Assembly (NCBI GenBank): GCA_965197725.1
Contig: CBDANQ010000001.1
Span: 1-28,880, forward strand
DNA length: 28,880 nucleotides
DNA from: Longimicrobiales bacterium
GTDB lineage: Bacteria; Gemmatimonadota; Gemmatimonadetes; Longimicrobiales; Gaopeijiaceae
Direction: 5' to 3'
The notes under the pieces are model-generated. The model had not been told where the DNA came from, did no database searches, and saw nothing but the letters and a program-made list of their open reading frames with translations. Numbering within the stretch: position 1 is the stretch's first letter; each line of letters opens with the position of its first letter. A program made the translations under genes and the position numbers. Positions 7,980 to 16,079 of this stretch are shown piece after piece.

Positions 7980-9170
7980 TCAGAAGGCGCGAATCGCTTC
8001 CACCTCCGAGGCCGAGAGTTTTTCGATCATCGCCACCATGAGCTTGACGGTGTTGTCGTAATCGGCGCGATCGATCACGCCCGACTGGCTGTGTCCGTAA
8101 CGGGTAGGGACGCCGATGTTCACTGCGGGAATACCCTGTGCCGATTTCTGTAGCATCGAGGCATCCTGGCCGTAGCCGGTGACCGACTCGAACTGGAAGG
8201 GAATGTTGTTCTCCTTGGCTAGCCGGATGATCCAGTCCACGTACTTGTTGTTGGGGATCATGCTGCCATCGAACACGAAGATACCCGGCCCCTTACCCAA
8301 GGCTTCCTGAGCGAGTGTTGGCGAGGTGAGCAATGGAAAGTCGCTCGCGATCCCGATCTCCACATTGATCACGATGTCGGGTCGGGTACTTGCCTGCACC
8401 ACCGAGGCGCCTCGAAGGCCGATTTCTTCCTGCACCGTCGCCGCGACTTGCAGGTTGTTGGGATGGGAGCGGTTCTTGAGCAGCCGTAGCACCTCGGTAA
8501 TCACGCCGAGGCCGACACGGTCGTCCCAGGCCCTTGCCAGGTACCGGCTCGTCCCGTTCAGGACTTGGAAATCGGTCGCATAGGTAATCGGAAGCCCGGG
8601 CCTGATGCCCATCCGTTCGACTTCCTCCCGGCTGCGGGCACCGACGTCGATGAACATGTCCTCCAAGGGGACCATCGTCATGCGGTTCGCCCCGGGCAGG
8701 ATATGTCCCGACTTCATGCCGGTGTAGCCAAGAACCTGCCCGTTCGGAGTCAGTATGGAGAGGCGCTGGGTCAGCACACTCTGAGAGAAATAGCCGCCGA
8801 CGTTGTTGAAGTAGATGAAGCCGTCCTCATCGATATAGCGAACCAGGAAGCCGACTTCGTCCAGGTGAGCCATCAGCAGGACCCGCGGCGATTCTGACTG
8901 GCCCTTGAGTGTGCCCAGCAGGTTGCCGACGCCGTCGGTGCGTAGATCGGTCAATAACCCTCGCCACTCCCGCCGCAAGATGTCCCTTACCTCGCCTTCG
9001 AATCCCACGACGCCGTGTGCATTGGTCAGCTCGGCGAGAAGGTCTACCGTGGCATCGCGCTCCTGAGCGCCCGATTCCCCTGGTCGTAGCAATACGAATG
9101 ACGTCGTGACCAGGAGAGAGAAAAGCGTAGCCATGACACCGAAACTTCCTCTGTTTGTCTTCCGCTTCAT
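7980..9170 (-). CDS. M42-family (TET-like) metalloaminopeptidase with a predicted signal peptide
   Basis: AHLDEVG, ARAWDDR, QEEIGLRG and RYGHS motifs; basic N-terminus, hydrophobic stretch and SGA-Q cleavage-like site; GGGAGG RBS. Confidence 0.9.
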   Translation of the reverse strand: MKRKTNRGSFGVMATLFSLLVTTSFVLLRPGESGAQERDATVDLLAELTNAHGVVGFEGEVRDILRREWRGLLTDLRTDGVGNLLGTLKGQSESPRVLLMAHLDEVGFLVRYIDEDGFIYFNNVGGYFSQSVLTQRLSILTPNGQVLGYTGMKSGHILPGANRMTMVPLEDMFIDVGARSREEVERMGIRPGLPITYATDFQVLNGTSRYLARAWDDRVGLGVITEVLRLLKNRSHPNNLQVAATVQEEIGLRGASVVQASTRPDIVINVEIGIASDFPLLTSPTLAQEALGKGPGIFVFDGSMIPNNKYVDWIIRLAKENNIPFQFESVTGYGQDASMLQKSAQGIPAVNIGVPTRYGHSQSGVIDRADYDNTVKLMVAMIEKLSASEVEAIRAF

Positions 9171-9229
9171 CCGATTCCTCCCATCTGTCAGTTCCGCCGA
9201 CGTCGGTCGTGACGCCAGCTCTCTGTCTA

Positions 9230-9337
9230 CTGGTGCCGTTCCAACTAGATCAGCCTAACACCAGAACCACGGTCAGTGACACCAACGTGAGTATGGGCAA
9301 CGAACTTTCTAGACGAATCAAGTTGGAACGGCACTAG
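9230..9337. mobile_element. 108-bp MITE-like element
   Basis: 21-bp terminal inverted repeats matching at 19/21 (CTGGTGCCGTTCCAACTAGAT versus the reverse complement of 9317-9337, CTAGTGCCGTTCCAACTTGAT), with a 14-bp perfect core. Confidence 0.7.
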
Positions 9338-9538
9338 GCTAACCGTTCGGATCTGCTCCGCTAGTACGCTACCTTGATCTCCCTGGGAGAAAGCCATGTC
9401 TTCCGGCATTACTGGACGGTTCACCGCGACAAATTCGGGATGCCGGCTTTCGTCCAGCTAGTAGATAGTGTCGTGGCGAATCACGTGCCCTAAGGTGAGC
9501 GGTCGGTGTTCTCTGCCCCGAGCGTCAGTCTGGCTCGC

Positions 9539-10906
9539 CTACCCCACCCGCGTCACCCGCATCTCGATGGCACCCTTCGGGTGCAGGATCATCATCGGCT
9601 TGATCTCGACGGGGTCCGTGCTCGTAAGCTCGAAGTCGTATCGGCGAACAAGCCCCACCAGGACCAGCAGCATCTGCACGATCGCCATGCTGGAGCCGAT
9701 GCATTTCCTCGGCCCACCTCCGAAGGGAAGGTAGGCGAAGGGGCTTCGTGCCTTCTTCGCGTGGGCTTCGAATCGGCTGGGATCGAAGACCTCGGGCTCC
9801 GCCCAAACGTCCGGATTGCGGTGCAGCCCGTATAGGTACGTCAGCACGATGAGGCCCGCCGGGATGTGGATCGGGCCGATCTGGTCGTCCTCGAGGGCGA
9901 CACGGTCGATGATCCAGAACGAGGGGTAGAGTCGGAGCGTTTCCTCGAGCACGTGACGGGTGAGGCGCAGCTGGTGGAGTCCCTCGAATGTGAGGGGACC
10001 GTTTCCGAACACGCCATTGATCTCCTCCCGCATCGCGGCAAAGAGGTGGGGATGCTGCCCGAGTAGATAGAGGGCCCAGGACAGCGCGGTTGGCGAGGTC
10101 TCATTCCCAGCGACGAAGAGCTGGAGCGCTTCGACGAGGATCTGCTCGTCGCTCATCGTCTTCCCGGGCTCGGGGTATGGGGTATCAAGCATGATTTCGA
10201 GGAGATCTCCCCCTTCCACGCCCTCTGCGCGGCGCCTGGCCACGATGTAGTTGCGTGCGACCTGATCCGCCTCGATCCGCATCTCCTGGTAGTGCCGTGA
10301 CTGTCCGCTCACGCGGTACCACGGGATCATGTATGGCTGCACGATCTGGCGAACGATGAACCCCTGGATTGTCTGGATCGTCGACGCGATGTGCTCGATC
10401 TCCCCGTCGGTCATGCGGCTACCGAACACCGCCTTTCCGACGAGGCGGAAGTTGATCCAGAGCACGATCCGGGCGATGTCCACGGGGCCTTGCGCCGCGG
10501 CCTCGTCCAGAAGGGCCAGCGAGTCCTGGAGGACTCGCTCCTGCAGGGGTACGAGCTCGGCGATGCGGCTCGGCGAAAAGCCCTGCCCAAGGAACCTGCG
10601 CTTCTTCCGCCACGCGTCCCCATGACTGTTGAGGAGGCCCTGGCCCTGGAACTCGCCCATGCGTTTGACTCGAATATCCGACATCTGATAGTTGCGGGAG
10701 TTCTTCTGCAGCACGTGCTGTACGAACTCGGGATCAGTGGAGACGATGGCGGGCCTGCCGCCGCCCATGTGCACGGTGAAGGTGGGCCCCAGGTCGTTCC
10801 GGTACCGCTCGAAGACACGAAGCGGATCGCGGACCATGGCACGTGCGTCCAAGAACGCCCTGCCCCGAGGCACGTGGGGCGCGTTGGTGATCTTCCCGAT
10901 GAGCAT
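9539..10906 (-). CDS. Cytochrome P450
   Basis: I-helix AGNETS, ExxR (EETLR), FDPSRF, heme motif FGGGPRKCIG. Confidence 0.95.
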   Translation of the reverse strand: MLIGKITNAPHVPRGRAFLDARAMVRDPLRVFERYRNDLGPTFTVHMGGGRPAIVSTDPEFVQHVLQKNSRNYQMSDIRVKRMGEFQGQGLLNSHGDAWRKKRRFLGQGFSPSRIAELVPLQERVLQDSLALLDEAAAQGPVDIARIVLWINFRLVGKAVFGSRMTDGEIEHIASTIQTIQGFIVRQIVQPYMIPWYRVSGQSRHYQEMRIEADQVARNYIVARRRAEGVEGGDLLEIMLDTPYPEPGKTMSDEQILVEALQLFVAGNETSPTALSWALYLLGQHPHLFAAMREEINGVFGNGPLTFEGLHQLRLTRHVLEETLRLYPSFWIIDRVALEDDQIGPIHIPAGLIVLTYLYGLHRNPDVWAEPEVFDPSRFEAHAKKARSPFAYLPFGGGPRKCIGSSMAIVQMLLVLVGLVRRYDFELTSTDPVEIKPMMILHPKGAIEMRVTRVG

Positions 10907-10918
10907 GTTCGACCTGGT

Positions 10919-13900
10919 CTAGGGGCGCTTGGCGAGGCGCTTCGAGCTCGGTACTTCGATGAGCCCGTGCCTTCGCATGAAGCGGACGATCCCCGCGACC
11001 ACGTCCTCTAGGGGCGGATCTTCCCTGGCCAACGGTGACCGGGCGCGCGCCCGCTGGTAGTGCTGATTGTCGTATTCCTTGAACTCCATGGCCGTGATGC
11101 TGTCCACTGACCTGACGAGGAAGTTCAGCAGCGGAAACAGGAGATCCTCCCTCCCGCACCGCCCGACGACCGCCGGTACGAACTCTGCGACCTCGTGGTG
11201 CGTGAAGCCCCTCTCGGTCTGCTCCCCGAGAAGGTCCGTGATGTCGCGCATCGTCGAGCGGGCATCGCGCGTGACGTGGAACGTCTGCCCGACGGTGTCC
11301 GGGAGGCCGGAGATCGCCACGATGTTGTCGGCCACGAGGTCGGCCGGGGAGAAGCTCACTTGGTTCTGCGCGGAGGTGCCCATGCCGTGCTTCAGCATGA
11401 AGGTCAGCAGGCGCATGGCGATGTCGAAGTTCTCACCGCCTCCGCAAAGTGACGGGGCGATCAACGCCGGCCGGAATACGCGAGCCGACAGGCCCTGCTT
11501 CATGGCGTTCAAGACGATCTGCTCGGAAACCCACTTGCTCTGGCTGTAGCCAAAGTCGAGCAGCGCCATGTCACGGTTGGTGTCTTCCTCGAACAGTGTC
11601 TCCGTCGTCGACCAGCCGAACACGAAGGTCGTAGAGACATGGTTCACGACCTTGGCTCTCCGGTCGGTCGCGAGCCGGAGGAGGTCCCGGGTTCCAATCA
11701 CGTTGGTTGGCCTCAGGATCGCATAGTCGTGCAGGTAGTTGACCCACGCTCCATTGTGATAGACGGCGTGGGTCTTCTCCGCGAGGAGCCCCCAGTCCGC
11801 TCGGGACAGGCCCAGGTCGGGCTGGCCGAGATCGCCACAGACCGGGATCACACGACGACGCCATTGTTCCAGGGCGCCCGTGCGAAGGCTCGGTCCCAGC
11901 GATGCTATCGCGCTCTCCAAGCGCGCCCATGCGTGCTCCTCGTCGGAGGCTCGGACGAGGACGTACACCGGGTCGTCGCACTGCTCCAGGAGGCTCCTGA
12001 GCAGGAAGGGTCCGAAGAACCCGGTGCCTCCGGTCAGCAGAATGCCCCGCTCGGCAGGGCCAGCCCGACTCTTCACGCTTTCTGGAGGGAGTGCGTCGAC
12101 GCCGAGTCGAGCGTCTCCCCGCATCATGTGGTGCTCGATCTGCTGATGCTCCGGTCGAAGCCCGGCGAAAGCCTGTCGGAAGCGCAGCTTGGCCCCCGGG
12201 GTCGAGGCGATCACCTGATGGAGAAGCTCGAGGAGCTCGGAGATCGCGATCCGCTGTAGCCAACGGAGATCGATGACTCCGCCCAACCCCTTCGCACCCG
12301 CGGCCTCGAGGTGGCTCTCCAGCTCGAGTGCGAGTTCAACAAGTCCCAGTGAATCGAGGCCGACATCGCCCAGGGTCGCATCCTCCCTCCCGGTCAGGCC
12401 CCGCCTGTGAAACGTGAGATCCAGGGACTCTGATGTGCCCCAAACGGTCTCATCGTCGACGATCGGCGTCCCCTGACTCCGATCGGGGGTTGGTCGTAGG
12501 GGCGGGGGCACGCACTCGACCTGGGCGACGACCTTCAGGCGATTCTCGAGCCACCGCGCGCGCGCTTCGTGGCGCCTGATCTTCCCTGAGCTCGTTTTTG
12601 GGATCGTACGCGAAGGGATGTACGTGAAGCTGTCCGCAACGATGCCCAGTCGGCGACGGAGGCTGAGGTTGATCTCCTCGGTCCGAGCGGGTCGTTTGGC
12701 GGTCCTGAGTTCGGCAACGACGGCAAGGACCTCACCCCCGTCCTTGTCGACCGCGAAGGCCGCGACGCAACCCTTTCGGATCGCGGGGTCCTCCTCCACG
12801 ATCGCTTCGATGTCCTGTGGGTAGTAGTTCAGGCCCCGGACGATGATCAGGTCCTTGAGGCGCCCGCAGACGAAGAGCTCCCCGTCGTGCCGGAACCCCA
12901 GGTCACCCGTCCGCAGCCACCGCCCTCTATGGTCATCCCCGTCCTCGAGTCGTGCCTCGAACGTCTGCTCCGTCAGGCGGGTTCGATTCCAGTACCCCAG
13001 GCACTTGCTGGGACCGTCGACCCAGATCTCGCCAATTCTGCCTGGTGGCGCCTCCACCGGCCGGCTCGTGACGTCGACGATCTTGACCTCCGTGGTGCCG
13101 AGCGGCCGCCCGCAGCTGACGAGAGTCGTCGATTCGCGGTCGGCCGCGGGGTCTCCAGCCGGGGTCGCTTCGTTCTCGGCGAGTCGGGCGGTATCAAACG
13201 AGCGGACCTTGGACCCGCGGTTCGACACGGCCAGCGTGTACTCAGACAGACCGTACGCCGCGCAGAAGGTGCCCGCCTGCAGGCCATAGGGCTCGAATCT
13301 CTTCAGGAACCTCCGAAAGACGTCGGCCCGCACAGGCTCGGCGCCGTTCATGAGAAGACGCAGTGAACTCAGGTCGATCCGCGCGAGATCCTCGTCCCGG
13401 ATCCTGTCCCCGCGAAGGCAGAACTCGTAGGCGAAGTTCGGGGCCGCAGACGCTGTCGCACGAGAACGACTGATGGTTTCGAGCCACGACAACGGACGTT
13501 GGAGGAAGTCGACCGGTGAGAATCCGTATGTCGTGCCCCCTGCAATCGCGACGAAGAGACAGGAGCCGATCAGGCCCATGTCGTCGTATTGCGGGAGCCA
13601 GGACACTCCGATCGGCCCGTAGTCGAACACCGTGGCGCAGTTTTCCAGCACGTTTCGGTGGGTGACCATAACTCCTCGCGGGTCACGGGTGGAGCCGGAC
13701 GTGTACTGCAAGAAAAGGATCTCAGAATGCGCCTGGCGGAGGTCCGCCCGTCCGCACGGTTCGGCATCGCTGGTTACGATCCACTGTAGCCGCGACGTCC
13801 GGTCCCGCACGCGCGAGAGCGCGGCGATCTGCGACCTTGCTCTGCGGAGCTTGATCGACCAGAAGTAGGACCGGTCGGTGAGCACGGCCGTCGCTCCGCA

Positions 13901-14257
13901 GTCCTCGGCGATGAAGTTCATTCGGTGGAGCGTCGCGGCGAACCCGTGGCTCGAAGGCGGGCACACCGGAACCGGGATCAATCCGAGGCGGATGCACGCG
14001 AAGAAGGCGCACAGCATCTCGATGCCGGGCGGATAGACGAGGAGCACGCGTTCGCCGGGCTCGAAGGCGTGCTCGCGCATCAGGTGCATCGCGATGTCGT
14101 TCGTTCTCTGCACGAATGCACCGTAGGAATACGACTCTCGCATCTGCCCCTCTGCGTCGCAAAAGCCGTACAAGAGCTTCTGGGGATGCGTTTGTGCATG
14201 CCCGAGGAGCAGGTCGAGGATCGTCGCGCGGGGTTGGTGCTGAGTGTCCCAGATCAT
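10919..14257 (-). CDS. Fatty acyl-AMP ligase - acyl carrier protein - terminal thioester reductase (SDR) fusion
   Basis: FAAL motifs FLQYTSGST, WLPQYDDMGLIG, SAAPNFAY, AYGLSE, RTGDLGF, GRLKDLII, YPQDIE and IPKTSSGK; ACP motif GLDSL; reductase motifs LTGGTGFFGPFL and GYSQSKW. Confidence 0.92.
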   Translation of the reverse strand: MIWDTQHQPRATILDLLLGHAQTHPQKLLYGFCDAEGQMRESYSYGAFVQRTNDIAMHLMREHAFEPGERVLLVYPPGIEMLCAFFACIRLGLIPVPVCPPSSHGFAATLHRMNFIAEDCGATAVLTDRSYFWSIKLRRARSQIAALSRVRDRTSRLQWIVTSDAEPCGRADLRQAHSEILFLQYTSGSTRDPRGVMVTHRNVLENCATVFDYGPIGVSWLPQYDDMGLIGSCLFVAIAGGTTYGFSPVDFLQRPLSWLETISRSRATASAAPNFAYEFCLRGDRIRDEDLARIDLSSLRLLMNGAEPVRADVFRRFLKRFEPYGLQAGTFCAAYGLSEYTLAVSNRGSKVRSFDTARLAENEATPAGDPAADRESTTLVSCGRPLGTTEVKIVDVTSRPVEAPPGRIGEIWVDGPSKCLGYWNRTRLTEQTFEARLEDGDDHRGRWLRTGDLGFRHDGELFVCGRLKDLIIVRGLNYYPQDIEAIVEEDPAIRKGCVAAFAVDKDGGEVLAVVAELRTAKRPARTEEINLSLRRRLGIVADSFTYIPSRTIPKTSSGKIRRHEARARWLENRLKVVAQVECVPPPLRPTPDRSQGTPIVDDETVWGTSESLDLTFHRRGLTGREDATLGDVGLDSLGLVELALELESHLEAAGAKGLGGVIDLRWLQRIAISELLELLHQVIASTPGAKLRFRQAFAGLRPEHQQIEHHMMRGDARLGVDALPPESVKSRAGPAERGILLTGGTGFFGPFLLRSLLEQCDDPVYVLVRASDEEHAWARLESAIASLGPSLRTGALEQWRRRVIPVCGDLGQPDLGLSRADWGLLAEKTHAVYHNGAWVNYLHDYAILRPTNVIGTRDLLRLATDRRAKVVNHVSTTFVFGWSTTETLFEEDTNRDMALLDFGYSQSKWVSEQIVLNAMKQGLSARVFRPALIAPSLCGGGENFDIAMRLLTFMLKHGMGTSAQNQVSFSPADLVADNIVAISGLPDTVGQTFHVTRDARSTMRDITDLLGEQTERGFTHHEVAEFVPAVVGRCGREDLLFPLLNFLVRSVDSITAMEFKEYDNQHYQRARARSPLAREDPPLEDVVAGIVRFMRRHGLIEVPSSKRLAKRP

Positions 14258-14264
14258 CGACCCG

Positions 14265-15068
14265 TCACCCTAGGAGGGCGAAAGACAACACGGCGAGCGC
14301 GACTCCGAGCACCACGTCCAAGGCATAGTGATACTGGAGCACCACGGTCGAGACCGCGACGCTTGCCGCGACCCAGAGGAACACGACACCCGCCACCGGG
14401 ACCACCGTTAAGAGCACCAGTCCGATTGCGAACGAGTTCGCGACGTGGCCGCTCGGGAAGGTGTTGGCGCGGATGCTGGCGTGGTCTGTGACCCACTGGT
14501 TGATCGACCGGACGTTCGATGAGCGCGTGGCGTGGCCTTCGGCCGAGTCTACCATCCACGGCGGCCAGCTCTGAAACAGGGCCGTGAGTCCATAGCAGGC
14601 GAAGGTGGGTGGGAGCACCACCCGCCAGAACTGATCGACAGCGCCGCTGTGCCCCGCGAGATAGAGCACGCCGACGCTGAGCGGGACCACGGGGTAACAC
14701 GCCAAGTAGGCGGCCTCGAGGTAGAACGAGAGAGCGGGCCGCTCCCCGAGACTCGACCGGAGCCGACCCGCGCCAGGAAACCAGCGCCGGTCGAACCGGC
14801 CGAGGAAGTCTTGGAGTCTCGCGTTGCTGCCGACGAAGAATTGCCCCGACTGCCAGTACCCCATGAGGAGGAGGAGCCCGGGGACCAAGTCGCGAAGCAC
14901 CCCGCCACCCGGTAGGACATCGAGATCCTGGAGCAGCCACGCGCCGAGGATCCCCATCGCCCCGATGCCGATCGCCTTCAGCCGCTTCGTCCTCCCGAGC
15001 GGAACCACCGCTGCGGCGATCAGGAAAAACGCAAAGAACGCGACGCTGATGCATTCAGCTGGGCGCAT
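14265..15068 (-). CDS. PAP2-superfamily integral membrane phosphatase/phosphotransferase (PAP2_3/AUR1-like)
   Basis: NTFPSGH and YHYALDV catalytic motifs, multiple TM helices, GGAG RBS. Confidence 0.85.
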   Translation of the reverse strand: MRPAECISVAFFAFFLIAAAVVPLGRTKRLKAIGIGAMGILGAWLLQDLDVLPGGGVLRDLVPGLLLLMGYWQSGQFFVGSNARLQDFLGRFDRRWFPGAGRLRSSLGERPALSFYLEAAYLACYPVVPLSVGVLYLAGHSGAVDQFWRVVLPPTFACYGLTALFQSWPPWMVDSAEGHATRSSNVRSINQWVTDHASIRANTFPSGHVANSFAIGLVLLTVVPVAGVVFLWVAASVAVSTVVLQYHYALDVVLGVALAVLSFALLG

Positions 15069-15469
15069 CTTGGAGTCTCCGGAGTCGTCGCGGGCGCACG
15101 TGCCGGGTTGTGGGGAGACTCATGCGCGTGCGCTCGAACATCGGGAGGTATGTTCGGCCTGCACCGGCTCGCCATACGTGTGGCACGCCAACCTCCACGA
15201 AATGAGAGGGTAACTCTGGCATCTGGCACACAAGCTGTCCGCGATGGCTGGAGCGGACCCTACGCCATATGACGTAGGATGTGGCCGAAATCACGTAGCC
15301 CGGGGCAAGCGCGAGCGGCATCGGACTCACCTGACGACCGTGCTCGTGTGCCCACTCTGCGACACTTGCCCGGCCCAGGTGACGTGACCCCCTGAAACGA
15401 GACCAGAGCGAATGTTTCGCCCTTCTCCGCCTTCCAGGGATCGTTGCCGCACAAGGGGTCTCAGAGGCG

Positions 15470-15488
15470 TGGGCACATGATGGGCACA
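15470..15488 (-). repeat. Inverted copy of the TGTGCCCA-N3-TGTGCCCA repeat
   Basis: TGGGCACA-TGA-TGGGCACA; a further single TGTGCCCA lies at 15347-15354. Confidence 0.65.
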
Positions 15489-15928
15489 GAATCCCATCCG
15501 TTCGCCACACTTCTCGAGCTCCTCGAGTGGTGCCGAGGGCTCCACGGGGGACGCTACTGGACGCGCAGCAGGTTGCCGAGGTTCTGTCTGGCGGACACTC
15601 AGAATCGGTGGAGGAGCATCCCGAACCGGCGAGACAGAACGAGGAAGCGCCAGGCACGTGGACGTGGCGGGAACGGCTCTGGACTGTGCCTACTGAGACC
15701 CGGCTCGGAGTGACCGAGCTTTCGGAAGCCCTTGGGCGGCCGAGGAGTTTCGTCTATGCGCGAACGCAGAAACAAGCTGAAGATCCGATTCCGCACCGGA
15801 AGCTAGATGGGGCCTTGGTCTTCACGGTGGGGGAAGTGCGCGCCTGGATTCGCTCACGGGAGAACGTAGTGCAGGCAGCACTGATGGAATCAACGGAGGT
15901 CGAACAAAGTGAACTTCATGCGATGTGA
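15477..15928 (+). CDS. Xis/AlpA-like winged-HTH DNA-binding protein, apparently with a 1-nt frameshift near 15540
   Basis: LGVTELSEALGRPRSFVY...PIPHRKLDGALVFTVGEVRAWI is an excisionase-type HTH; the plausible N-terminus MMGTESHPFATLLELLEWCR lies in the adjacent frame. Confidence 0.7.
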
Positions 15929-16079
15929 ACAACGCGAGTCACAGACTGACGGACAGATCTCGGTCACCGCAGCAATGTCCCAATCCGCTGATCCCGTCGC
16001 GGCTCCCAGGAACCGTGAAAAGGCCATGAGCGTCGCGTATTTGCGGACTCTCGGAAGCAGCCAAGAAGCGGCGGCATTA

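Larger units (their letters stand above)
7665..16079. mobile_element. Degenerate genomic island / integrative element; integrase and second att site not found in the window
   Basis: tRNA 3' fragment at the left, paired arm-like repeats, Xis/AlpA-like gene, accessory cargo, right end abutting IS256. Confidence 0.55.

Noticed and set aside
9389..9460. HDV-like or hammerhead ribozyme
   Set aside because: Lacks the P1.1 GG, P4 and catalytic C arrangement, and the CUGANGA core.
15459..15469. 11-bp TCTCAGAGGCG also found at 7659-7669, as a second att core
   Set aside because: Short and does not include the anticodon-loop crossover region; may be chance, so it was not used as a boundary.
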